In this document: one piece after another, positions 13,808-27,200 of the stretch
How the letters are laid out: the number at the start of each line of letters is the position of its first letter
How positions within the stretch are numbered: the stretch's first letter is position 1
Assembly: GCA_977030845.1 (NCBI GenBank)
Contig: OZ365112.1
Coordinates: 18,476,001 to 18,540,000 of the forward strand
Direction of reading: 5' to 3'
Length of the DNA stretch: 64,000 nt
From: Fimbriosthenelais zetlandica
Taxonomy: Eukaryota
Made by a program: the position numbers and the translations under genes
Notes under the pieces: generated by a model
What the model was told of the DNA's origin: nothing
The model's input: only the letters and a program-made list of their open reading frames with translations
The model's database searches: none

Positions 13808-16800
13808 CCTTTGATGTTGCCATGTCAACGAGCTCATAACGCCAGCTACAGTCTTTCTCCCGCCACACTGAGATGGCAATCCACACATTATTTGACACAG
13901 GACTGATCGATGTCACGGTCAGTTCAGGCAGAGAGCAGCTCACTGAGTGACTCTATACAGGCTCGACGAGCTGCCCACAGGTCGATATTAAAACCCATTA
14001 CATTTCACCCCCACTCACCAGCCCCCCGCTCTCCCAATATCCACAGCCTATTCTACCGCTGACACAGCTAAGATGTTAGGAGTCACCCTCAAGGGTGTGT
14101 AATAGCAGACCTAACTGAGAAAGCTCATGATGTACTGGAGCTTTAGTTCAGACATTCACAGCTTGTGGTCTCTATAGTTATTAGAATAAGGAAAGACCTT
14201 GTAATAATCGATTCAGAATTTCTAACCATACCATTGATCATTTGGATATTTTCCACAAGCAAGCTGAAGACATGTTGTCTCACCAAATGTTTGGTGCGTG
14301 TTAGGATTCCATCAACAGAAATAACGACAATAATGCAGATCTAAGAAAAGCTCTCAAGAAATAAGATTTGCCATCATAAATCCTATTGAGGTGTTGATCA
14401 ACGTGAGAGCCTCGAGGAGAATTGAGTTGTCGTCAGAAAGCCGGGCTCTGAGTGAGTGAGCGAGTGCACTTTGGTATGTAGCTAATGAGCAAGTCTCAAT
14501 GATACAGGCTGCTAATTAGTTGCCTTTGTAATTTGCCTAATTAGTTCTAGCCTGGGTAAACAGGGACATGAGATGGGGATCAGTGATCACAGCTTCCACC
14601 GTCCGCGGCGCTGTCTGTATTATGGGAGAACTGGTGATCACCACCTGAAATAGGACAAATAACCCTCCCAGGCTCTCTCCTCAACTCAGGTGAACCATTA
14701 CATCTTACTATCCCCTTATTATTTCATTAGACCTTAGACTCAATGAATGCAAATACACCAATGCTCATGGCACACCATATTAATTTGTTCCAAATGGATT
14801 GAAGATGAAATATAAGAGGGTTGCCCTTGTCATCTTTCCGCCAATAGCTCCTGGATGGCTTATAGGGAGCGTGACTGGGAGGAGGGGATGATCCCTGTCG
14901 GTGCTGGTGAGAGTCAACATGGATTAACTAAGGCCGGGTAAAGAGGGCCAAGGATTGAGTCTTTCTCCAGGCTTCATCCTGGAGTGAGTGGGCCCAGCTG
15001 TTGGTGCCTTATGGATGCTGCCTCAGAGACTGTGTGGAGGGCGTGGCACACACCCCACCCTCGGGGGTGATCTAATGGGAGGGGTCCGCCCCCCACCTGC
15101 CTGCCGGGTCAGGGGGGTTAGGGATAATCTGGGTCAGCAGGGATTACACCATCTTACCCAGACGGCCGCCCACACTCGGGTCTGGTTGTGTCGAGACCTA
15201 TAAATTGGCCATTCCATCCTCCTCCTCCTTCCCCGAGGCTTCCACAACTTCCCACACATCATCTCTACCACCTCTCATTTCATCCTCATAAAATCAGGAT
15301 CAAAGTTACCCTCACAGACTATGGTGCCATCCCAATGCACAAAACAAATATTTAACTCAAATTTCTAGGGGATATGTAGTGATATGGATGGCGAATGAAG
15401 CAGGTGAAATCTGCCTGCTAGGCTGGTTTTGTCATGGACCACAGCAGGAGACATGCAGAGAGAGCAATATAGTACTGATCCAAATTAGACCCCCACCTCC
15501 TACCCAACCTATCCCCACCCTCCTCACTTCCCGCTTCTCGACCCAAAGGATCATGCTGACATCAAAGAGCGGAGAGCAGGTGGGTGTGGGGTGAGGAGAG
15601 ACAGCCCAAGATGCTGTCTGTCCTCTGTGCCCTGGAGACAGTATGGCCACTGGAGGAGAATTCTGTCATGGACAACATGATCTGTACTGTAGGAGACAAT
15701 TCATGTACAATTCTATGGCCTCCCTGTCTAGACAATCCTGAGCTATGAGGTATAACTAAATATTCTAAGGTCATCCTGAAGTAGTATGTTAATATGAGTA
15801 AATATAGCGAGGTCCTCAGATAGTGTACCAGTCGATAATATTAGGATGTGGTGCTGGGGCATAATATAGGATGGTATATCATTCCTTCTGCTTGCCCTTC
15901 TACCTGCCATGCCAGCAGCACCAACTCTAGCAATGTACAGCTATCTCCTAGCACCAGATGTATCCCCCACCCTCCACCCTCCCACCCCCCTCTTCTCTCC
16001 ACGCCCTCCTCCCGGCCTAGGGGGACCACATCAAAGGCACCGCCTGGCACTGTATACCAGCCGCCTGATCACCACAACAGCCTTCCAGAATCCAGGAGCC
16101 TTCGTGATCAGCCTGGCCCAAATATTACAAGTGGCAGCGGCCGGGCGGGCGCTCAACAAGCGCCATAACTGCGTTTCCCTACTTGGCTTCGCAACATCAA
16201 AGGGCTGCCGCGCGCCCTTCTGATATGATTTACTGCATCGCTTGAATTAGGTCTCCGCAGCGCTGGGGAAAAAACAGTCCCTCCCTGCCTCAGTCTCTGG
16301 CCACCACCAGCAAGGTCTGTGTGGATGGATGGAGAGGGAGAGAGAGGGGAGAAGGGGGAGAGTCAGCATCGTGCACAGTGGCTTCGTTTCATAAGATGTG
16401 CACTGCACACATATGTTTGGGTTATAGACAAACTGAGAGTGGATGGAGGGCACATAAATCAGAATCCTGGAAACCACTAACTCAGCACACAGACACTACT
16501 CGACTCAAGCAGAAGCTAGTCTGTATATACTATAAATGATTGCCGTTTCCCCTTCATAAATAAAGATACACCGATGACCTATATTCCGCTCCCTTTGAAG
16601 TTCAACAACAAAGCTTCCCATGGCCGCCCGATCTGAACCAGGTGTGCTCCACGGATCTCTCCAATAGTAGTAGATATATATGTATAAATATCATTGATTT
16701 AACCCCACACTTGCCCAGTTAAGCCCGCATGGCTCTATTTTAACATCTACATAATATAGAACATTCTGTGTAAAATACACATAAAACATCTAGAGCCAGC

Positions 16801-18238
16801 ACCCAGCGAACATGTGTTGCCGCTCCAGGGAAAGAGAGATAGGGAGGGAGGTAGAAAGAAGGCAGTTATTCCTTACAGCCTTCTGTGGGTGTGTTTAGCC
16901 TGCCTAACTGTAGGCCAAGCATCACCAGTACAGCCGCAGATGCAGCAGATGGAGCAGCAGGAGGCGGGAGGCTGGGGGCCACCATTACATACTACAAAGG
17001 AGACATCAAAGGGAATGGCAGGCGAGGCGCGGCTCCGGTTACATGTGTGCCTGTCGCTCGCCACTGCCGCCGATTGCTGCGCCGAGAGGCTGTCTGAGGG
17101 AGGCTGGGCTGCTGCTGGGGCTCCATGTACCCTCTCCACACTCTCTTCACAGTACCTCGACCAGAGAGCCAAAATCAACGGGTCGATACATGAAATGATG
17201 CCATCAAATAAACATGAAGAGATTTTTGGCACGGCTGTCTTTCAGCTGGGTTTTATTGGGGAAGTCTGGGCAGGGTTTATGTAGGAGGTATATTTGGTTG
17301 TGATGGAAGTTGGGAGAGGATATGGCTCCTGTACCAGCATGGGAAGCCACCCATGGGCTTCTTATATACCATACATAACTAGGCCAGGTCTGAACACCCC
17401 AAGAGGCCATATTCAAAGGAAACTATTTCAATGGTCTTAAATGCCAGTGTTATCACTTATGCCAAGCCAAGAGGCCTAATGTGGCTTCCCGATTTTGAAG
17501 TGGCTTCTATATATGAAGCCTTCTTACATTCAAGACACAAACGAGGCAAGTCGAATGACCTACATCGTGTCATAGTAATGCATCTACTATTATTTCCAAA
17601 TTCTCATCCCAAAGTCCTAGAGCCCGTGAGGATGTATATACTGATGGAGACTGACTATTGTCATTTCTAGTGGAGATTCTTGGCGTGAGTATCTGCGAAA
17701 AGGGGCTCTCAACCTGGCATTGTTTCCATTCCAGGAAATCAACAAGTCTTGGACAGGGGGAGAAAAAAGGATCAATTTCTGGAGAGAAGAGTCACAGCAG
17801 GCAGGCAAGCATTGATCGAGCCTACTGTCCTACCAGACTCTTCAACAAAGCAGGTTGGGTTCCTAGCCACATGCTTGAGCAAGGAAACAAGGGAAAAGGT
17901 GCATCTACGAGCTAATGGCAGTGTATGAAACCATGGGGAACTCTAACCCAAATAGGTTCATATATGTAGATGATAAGGAAGGCTTTGGCAGATTTAAAAT
18001 CTTTTCAGTTGTTTTTCACGTGTGGCAGGGAGAAATGATGGGCAGGTGGAGCGAGTGAGAGATCTAACCTTGGGTTATCATCATGTATCATGGACTAAGA
18101 TGATATGGGGAGTTGGGAGGATAGAGATGCACTCACCATGGTGGGACGATAGCAGGACTCTAGCAAACATAGTGTCCTGAAGGAGGAGGAGAGGCAGGAG
18201 GAGAATGAGAGGAGATGGGGAGAAAGCCTCTTTGATGT
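13808..18238. promoter_or_regulatory. Intronic cluster of TCF sites (putative Wnt-response enhancer cluster)
   Basis: ACATCAAAG/CTTTGATGT at 13809, 15559, 16028, 16194, 17003 and 18230, plus ATCAAAG at 15299 and CCTTTGAAGT near 16592, within CpG/GC-rich islets. Confidence 0.6.
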
Positions 18239-21200
18239 TGGTGTAGGGAAGAAGAGTAATACACACATGCTCCTCGCTAGTTACATTACCCAGCCCTGGG
18301 TCGGCTCACTGTAATTAGTAATCGGGTTACGTCGGCCGCTAAAATGGCGATCCTCGCTGGAGGAACCTAACCCGACTAATTGTTGGCAGTCGCAGGAAGT
18401 GATGAGGAGATCCGAGGAGAGGAGAGATCCAAGATCTGGCTCCTCCAAGGGTGAGAAGAGCATAGTGTAGAGAAGACGGCCATCCTACACTTCTATCTTC
18501 TCTTCCTCTGCAAACATCTCTTCTCTCCTGCCTTCCTCTTCTTCCCTCCTTTCCTTCCGGAGCTTCATTTATGATGCCTGTCCATATGAACTAGAGTCTG
18601 TATCTGAGACTGAGATAATTATCATCTTGACAAGAACATTGCATCAGGATTTCATTGAGAAGCTGTCCTCACCTCGAGATGCTGATCAGAAACAGCCATT
18701 ATGGGCAACAATTAACGCGCCGAGTAGGCACTGAGCCGAGGCCGGGTGTTAAGACTCTCAATTTCATATACTACTCACGGAAACCCAATTTTTCAGCCAT
18801 CCATAAAAGCAACCAGACCTGACGGCCTTAACCAAGCGATCACATCAAATGACATAACTTATTGAAGGCTTCAAATTTTTTTCAATGTCATTCCATTTCG
18901 CCAAGGCCATTCCCGCGCTGTTTTTAAATGAAAACCCGAGACAAACGCTGGGTATATTGAATATTATTAAATCTTTCTTATCTGCTGGTTTTTGGCTGTG
19001 AGGGGACCCTGGAAGGCCTGTGATCACAGGGCATTGTATTAGCTATGGGATCGTCTCCAAGCGGCGGGATTTCTGTAGTTGACAACCATGTTACTTCCAT
19101 TAGGGCTCCAACCGGGCCTGAACTGGCCGGGGAGCCAGCAGCCCCTCAGCAAATCCCTAATTATCCTAATATAGTAATTTCCGGGGAATTCTTTGCAGCT
19201 GCTCTGGGGGAAAATCCAGGCGCGGAGGCGCACGTGTGCGGCTCTGTGTACTTTGGGAAAATGTACCCAAGGCGTGTGTAACCAGGTGTGTGCACATGCG
19301 TAATGGGTATGTGCACAGGGGAGGTGGAGGATTGCTTACTATGTTTTGAGGCAGTTTTGAACATTTATTGTCAGGTAATTCCTTGTTTAAAACAGTCCAT
19401 TTGTATCCATATCTGATGGATTAACCCCCCTCAATGACCTAATCCTGCCATCATGGCCTCGTCTCTTTTTAACCATAATTAACATGTTTCGTTTTAAAAG
19501 GGGCCAATACGGGCCGGATCACCCAATTGTCTGTGTTGATTTTTAACCCTTTAAAACGGCGTGCAAATAGGCGACAGGGATTCGCCAGTCAACAAGCCAT
19601 AGGATCTTCATTTTAAGTTGCCATCTCTCCCAGCAAAACCCCACCATCCAGTTTTTGTTAGTTTTAATTAAAATAATGTTCTCCGCATCAACCTGTTCAT
19701 CTTTCAAATTGACCCCGGCAACAGATTGCAGGGAGCGACATCGGTAACAATGGGTTTACACCCAGCTAACTGGGTTGGTGGAGGAGGGCCTCAGGGCATG
19801 TATTGTATTTGGGGCGCGGGGAACGTCAGGCCAAGGGGCTAGCTGCCTGCCACAGAATCACAAGTCAGTATTTAATCACCTCTCAGCTTTCTAAGGATGG
19901 CATTAATAAAGCAGATTTGATCTGAGCTGCCTCTTGGGAGGAGAGACAGTCGGAGCTGGAGGGGGTGGGGGGTGGCAGTAGCCCTATAGTACCCCCTGTC
20001 ATAGATACAGGGATGAGGGGTATAGGAACTTCCAATGCTTTGATTTGATACGAGCTATTATGTACATACAAATTTTATCTGTAGGCTGAACTTGTGAGGA
20101 CACTTTTTTCTTTCTCCATAGCTTAAAGCCAAACAATATACTCACAATGAACGTTTTTATATTGCACATGTTAGATATATGTTCGTCCCATTAAGAAGAG
20201 GATCGTATGTTACTAGAAACCCAGACATTCTCCAAGATGTACATGTATGTACATACACATGTATACATTTTCCTTACTATGTCTAGGCATATACATGAAG
20301 ATGTAGACACTCCAATATCTCAAGGCTAACCTATCTAATTACCCATGCCCTTATCATTAATGGCTAATTCACCCAAATTGTGAGTGTAGGAGTATACTGA
20401 GTTAGTATGGAGAATATAAACGTGCATTATATCTGAGGCAGTACTGGGTGTAGCCTACAAGGAGAGAAACAAAGACTTTAAAACAAATCACTTTTTTTCT
20501 CAAAAGAGAGATAGTTGGGTACTTACACAGAGGAAAGACAAAGAACGGGGTTTGGCAAATTGCCATAGTAGGAATGAGGTCAATTACGGTATTCCTTAAG
20601 AACTATATCTTTAGCTATTTAACCTTAAGGTCTATGGGTTAGTACCAAAAGCCATTAATGGGTATGAGGACGAGGAAAGGAGAGGAGAAGGGAAGCTTAG
20701 GATACACTTCTAGAAGTTATGTGAAGATATACATACCAGGTAGGGATGATTAAGCTGTTGAAACAAATGGAAAATGATAAACAAAGATTAATTAAATGCC
20801 TACGTGCAATTTAACATAAAACAGTGCAATAGAAAAATAGCGCAATATATGTGCAGAGAAATAAACACTGCCAATTTGTGCTCAAAATGTATAATTACTA
20901 TAATATAGCAAATCAATAATTCTAACCTGCCAGAGTGTTTAACATTTTTATAGAGTGCAATGAAATCAATCGTTCTAGCAAATTTAAATATATCATGATA
21001 TAACAATTCACGGTTGATGAAAACCGTGAATATAATTATATTGGCGACACTAGAGAAGAAGAAATCTACTGTTATCATAGGGGCACAACATCAAAGGGCT
21101 AAAACATAAATCCTGAAGATAAATAGCAAATATGCAAGAAAGAAAATGAAGACATGTATTTTTACAGAGCATGGTGCATAACTAAAAACAGCATGAGAGA

Positions 21201-24200
21201 GGGGTGTGTAGGCCTGTCGTCAGTGAATGTGGAGGGAGTGTCCTAGCAGTGAGTGGGCCTGTTCACCGCGACAAGCCTTAAAAGCTCCAGCTTCTTCTCT
21301 CTGAGGTTTTATCTTGAGTGGAGCGAGGCTGGGCTTTTGTCTCCTTGTCTTGGGGCTCTACTTATGGTGAGGAGTTACAATGTGGCTCGGTAGGGGGTGG
21401 GATCTGTCTCTGGCAGGCCATGTCCGTCACAAAGATCGAGGCAAGAAGATCGTCTCCTTTTTACTTTCGTCTGTCCAAGACGATCGCCCGTAGTTTTTCT
21501 TTATTTCATCCCTGCTCGACGACCATGATTCATTTTTCGTGAGGCGACACACTCCTTTTGTCGCTGTATATACCGGAGAGTGAGATTCACCAGTTGCTTG
21601 AGTTGTAATGTGTGATTCAGGAATCCCCCTGCTTGACACCCACTGATTTCTTTTGGATGGCTTCAAACAACACAAGAAGAAAATCTGCAGGCCGGGGAAA
21701 ACAGATGGGACCAATTTAGCATGTTTTCAATCAACTTAAAGACTCAATCCTCCAAGATCATTTTCAAGCCGGGGAATTATCAGGCCAGCTCCCGAACTGC
21801 TGTCCTTAAAATTAGATTGCCTGTTAAAAAACGGCTCGCACAATCTGGCGGGCGCAGTGCGAGCCGCAGTTCACAGTACACTTCCCTATCGCAAATAATC
21901 GAACCGCACCCATCGAGGATGAACACGACCGAAATTATTTTAATTATTTTGACAAGGAAATGAGTCCAATTTTGCATTAGCTTTGGCCCGATGAAGCTCC
22001 AGTCCCCTGACACAAGGGGAGATGACAGGCGAACTGAACGCCGTCCCGTCTCCTTGAAATCTAACTTCATATTGCAGAGGCAGCTGCTGTACCGACTGGC
22101 TTATCGCCTGTAGCCAGGAAAATGAGACGCGAGGAAAAAGGGTCGACCGCGATATAGTGCTTTATTTGGATGATATTACTGCTCCTGTTAGACACTAATC
22201 CTTCAGTGGGATAAGGCTAGCCTTTACACTGACTATATAAAGGTCACACAACCACCTCACCTCTCACACCTATCACTATCATAATGCAGACACCCACCCT
22301 CCATCATCACTATCATGTCACTGTATGTATAATCATATCCATTGTGTATAGCATTATCAAAGAAATTAAAAAAAACAATTAAATCAATTCCTAAATACAA
22401 TGGCTCATTGGTTCTAAAGTCGTATGAATTCTCCATATAATGTTATAGAAACTTATTATTCGTCAGGTGATTGCCTCCTATCCAGAGAAGACAGAGCTGT
22501 GTTATTTTTTTCAGGGCTGGCTTATGAAGGTGACCATCACGGATTGTGTCAGCTGACTGTGATGTAATGGTCAGCAGACAGGGTCAGTATTAAGATGCTG
22601 TCATTATTAGAGCCCCTCCCCATGACCTTTCAACACTCGGACACTCCCAGCGGGCAAACGCAAAGACAATCCTAAGGACACCAGTGAGGAGAGTGACCAC
22701 TGGTCACTCACCTACAATGGGAAGGTGTGAGTGACCACCTCGTGCTGCATCTTGCCTGCTGATGTGGAGCAGTGGTCATTGTATTAACACCACGGGTGGG
22801 ACCTTCACTTACCTCTCTACCAGAGGCCAGTGTCATCAAGAGGGGACATCTTGAGGCACCAAAACGAGTGGACAGGACCCACATACATGCTGGTCAGTGG
22901 ACGGAGACCAGTAAAATGGGCCCTCAGGGTAGCGAGAAAGTGACCAAGAGGGGAGTGCCCGTCCCACGGGGTCACAGGTGGTCATTTCAGCACCTGACCA
23001 CGCCCCCGCCCTCACTAACACCAAACCTCTCCTTTTTTCACCTAATTCATACCCCTTTGCACCCAGGATATGCCAGAGGCGAGGCCATCTCCAGGGGCGG
23101 GGACCTTTCCCTCTATATCCTAATGGTACCTCATATGAAGCCCTCATTAATGGAATATTAATTGGGATATTTATAGACCTCTCAGTGCTTGGTGCATATG
23201 ATTCCTTCTGATTAATGAAGTCAGCGTTAAGCTGTTGAAAGAGAGACCTCAGTCATTGACGTGGTTTATCTATATGATATACATCTAAGGCGAGGAGATG
23301 GCAGGGTGGGAGCTTTAACAGGAAGGGGGGCAATTAATGAAGAGCCAAGGGAACTGTCAACAAGAAAAGCTCATACTGAAGGAGAACTGGACGAAGTGGC
23401 CTCGGTTTAGTAGTTCTGTAGTTTGCAACTTGGTAAGACTATTACTGCAGTCTACAGTGTAGATATTTAATGTGAGGAAGAAGGGTGCCCAGCGACATCT
23501 ATACACTATTTGTACTGATTAATGATGTAGGTCTCAACTGGGGACCTAACGTGCCCTAGGGGTGACAATGGGACGCTGGTGAAATAAGGGAATATTTTTG
23601 GATGTGGTGGGTTTGAGTGGTCCTGGGTAAAATATGGGGGCATCAAGTGAGTGGTGCATAAGAACGATACATAGGATTGAAACCTACACAAGTATATGCA
23701 TACACTTCCCCTTTAGCCAATCTCAATGGGCTTTTCTGCTTCTCCTTCACCAGCATTTTGAAGAATTACCTCACAAAAGGTATGGAGGGTCTAGGTTTTG
23801 CCTTTGAATGAGTCCTGGTCTCCCAGAAGACTGTCTGGAGAGTGTGTAGTGCGCTTCTGATTTCCCAGCGCTGCCGGGCGGTGGCCCCGCCGCGGCGCCC
23901 CTCTCCTCTCTCCCACCTCTTTATTCAATCGCAGATCTGATACTTAATAGAATGTTGGGTCGGCCTCAATTCCCCTGGTAAATCTTAATGCATCCACGGA
24001 TATGTGATCTCAATCTTTACGGCGATAGGAGGAGGAGGATGGGCCGCCCGCTCTACTACTGGCCTGTCTAGTTTTTGCAGTCACTTTCTCTATCTCAGAC
24101 AGCTTGTCAGCCTTGACACATGTTCCAACTAGCAGAGACAAGCGATTCTAAAAGCTCCACAAGCCCATACTCCACTAAACAACTTCTTTTCCACCCAACC

Positions 24201-27200
24201 ACCTGATTTTCTCTCTCCTCCCTATCCCTCTCCCAGCCTCCCTTCTGTCTCTGTTACTTGCTCTCTGTCCATCTATTGCCCTGAATTTGCAATGTTTAAC
24301 AGTCTTTTCTGATCCCCATTGCTAGTGTTCCCCCATTGAGGGACGGTGAGAAAGGCCATGATTCTAGGAGAACAGGAGATTCTGGCAAGTACTTTTTATC
24401 CTGGCCTGTCGATTGAACCTTTCGGAGTTATTTGTTAATTAGAGATTCTAGTGGGCGGTTAAATGGTGAAACGGACCTTTTATAGGAAGGGAAGTGGCTG
24501 GGGGAACTCTGAAGGCCAGTTGTCACGATTATCCGAGTTTCAAACCCATTGTCATCCTCCTCCTCATTACCCTCCTGACACCCCGCCTCACATGCCCCCC
24601 ACCCCTCGCCCACCAAGTTCAATACATCTACCCCAGTTTCCCCATTTTAACCCCCTCTTTCTAACCACCCACACACCACCCCACCCCCCTTTGCGCCACG
24701 TTGCAATGACCTTACTCAAGCCGTCGCCATAGCGACCCTTCATTTCCATAGCGACAATAGCCAGCTAAAGATTCACATGATTACTTAACACATGAGGTCA
24801 TATTGCATTATTCCCTGCTTTTATCCTAAAATTCATCTACTTGTCCCCTTTTCTCTTACAGATATAAAGAATAGAAATATTTATGAGTTTTGCTTAGCTG
24901 TAGGAGACAGGTACAACAAAGCATTACAGTACATTTCCAAACGATGAAATGAATCCATCAGAATAGCTTAATTAGAGGCTGAGATTTCTCTAGCGGTCAT
25001 AGATAGGCCCTAAACAGGGGTTTCTACTGAAACTTTCTAACAAGAGACAAATTATGGGAGCAAGTTGGAGGCACAATAGAAAACAGGCAAGAGGAGGAGG
25101 GTCAGGAGCTGGGGGCCCGTCAGTGGCGGGCTGACGAGGGTGGTAATTAACGGCCCCGTCCACACTGCCCTAATTTCACCAGTAATTGGCATTTCAATAT
25201 GGTTGTGACATGCTATGAAGGCTGAGAGCTTTCATCTCAAGCCCGAGGGTGTGCCACTAATAAATCCACATCTCCAAGTTGATCTATTTTATGTTTATCA
25301 CTGCCCAACACTTCTCTCTCCTATAGGATCCTGTCTGTCTTTTTCTCCTAACTTTAACTCAGAGGAAGAAAGTAACCTATTCGGGTCAAAGCAAAGAGAA
25401 GGCCTTGAAATTAAAAAGTTCTCAGGTGCCACCGAAAATGAATGTAAGCTGTATTACTGACATTGAGATGATGGATTCTTTAGTGGTGTTAGGTTTCAAG
25501 CCAAAAATTCTATGTCCGAGTGACACCCGGGAAAATGGTAATGAATACCAGTTTATTTAACTTGTCCAACACACCCATCTCCTCTTTACATGAGAAACAA
25601 CACACTGGATAAATTCCTGTATTTACTATCTCCCATTCATCCTACTTGGAGGAGAACAATACTGTCATGTTTTACGCATGGTCGCCGCAGTATTACTCTG
25701 ACCAATTAAATATGTCACTTTCTACAGTGTAATTAGATGGCAAAGTTGGATTCATCAGCTATAAAAAAGTGAAAGGAAGCGACTGGTTATAGTCCGCTTG
25801 TTAGCAGGTCATATTCTCTTAACAACTTCATTTCAGCATTCTCAGAATCTGACTTCATCCAGATAAACCACATCCTTCACTCAGCCTTAACTTCAACGAC
25901 CTCTATACGTGAAGTCAGTTCCTAATTAGGTGCGGTCATTCTCACAATGCCCTCAATGTGGCAATGTAATTGGGGAAAACATCCCAACAATCACCAATGT
26001 TATACAAAGTAATCTCACGATGAAGACATCAATTAATATTAAAGCCTCAGTTAGAGATGCAATGAGCGCCATAAAGTGCCCGCCTCCATAAATAACATTC
26101 ACACATCAACACTCAAGAATTCCAAACACTCCAGAGTGCTACATGGCCTCATCGGCACTAGATTGCCAAGTGATAGACTACATGGTTCAAACAATACAGG
26201 GATTCATTGACGACAACAAAGGCACGGCGAAAAGCTTAGCCTGAGTCGCGGTGATGGGGGAAGTGGCTGATCACAACCAATTAGGATCAAACTTTAAGAC
26301 GATCTCGAGCCTAATATCTCAACCCGTACAGGCTCCTCACATCAAATCTTATTATTTCAAGATTTATTGTTCAGTGGAGCCATAATATCAACGTGACAGT
26401 GAGGAGAGCACAAACCACTAGGGGCGCCCTGGTTGATCCTAGTATGACCTAGTCAGTTAATCTGTCAGTGTGTATTGTGGGAGCGGGTTGAGATTATAGG
26501 TTACTGAACACGTAACGGATAGTAAAACAAATCAACAAGATGCTAGATTGTACAGGGCATATTAACGATAACAATATTTGAAGGAGGAATGTTAAATCTT
26601 TTAGTCCAGCTTAGATGGGACACAGAGGGCAAGTGTTGAGGAGGGCTGAGAACTGACAGACTGACAGTATAAGGTCGGGGCCATTTTTAGATACACCAGA
26701 ATCACAGATGAAGTAAAAACAGGAAAAGGGGAGGGAAAAAAGACATAGAGTGGGTTAGTTGGTGATCGTGTCAGGTTGAGTAGGGGTGATTTTGTCGAGC
26801 TGTGAAGCACATCGGTGTTGTGTACAAAGCGGCCTTAGGGCAAGCTGACGTAAAAACACTCCCAGCGAACTAAGATCGGCACAAAAAATGCAAAAGTGGG
26901 TCAGGACTTGAGGAGGGGGGTAGGGGATCTGAATAAGGCATAGCGTGTCCAACCAAGTGAAATGACACAACCACCAGGAACATTAAGGCAAAGTGGATGC
27001 GTTTGTGAGCATATTCTCGTCCAAATAGACATGATTTATGCTGGTCTATATTAACAGGAAACCATGGATGCATACCACAAGTTGATGGAAACGTGTAAAG
27101 TGACTGAGTGTTTGATTGATTAATTAAAGCTGGGGCTTGTTCACTGATATAATCTGCTAGTTGAGATGAGACGATCATATGACAACTAGCGGTAGACAGG

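Noticed and set aside
16814-17284. 156-aa plus-strand ORF with a Q-rich stretch
   Set aside because: No recognisable domain; overlapping ORFs in other frames and strands; explained by local GC richness of a probable enhancer.
21832-21866. 10-bp GC-rich hairpin CGGCTCGCAC..GTGCGAGCCG
   Set aside because: About one to two such stems are expected by chance in 64 kb; no ncRNA hallmarks.
24840-24861. Strong plus-strand splice-acceptor-like tracts (also 5361-5388, 32971-32987, 42146-42165, 62641-62653)
   Set aside because: No consistent downstream open frames or donors could be chained into a gene; such tracts are common by chance.
26415-26428. CCACTAGGGGCGCC as a CTCF site
   Set aside because: One base short in the G-run relative to the core, so the register is broken.
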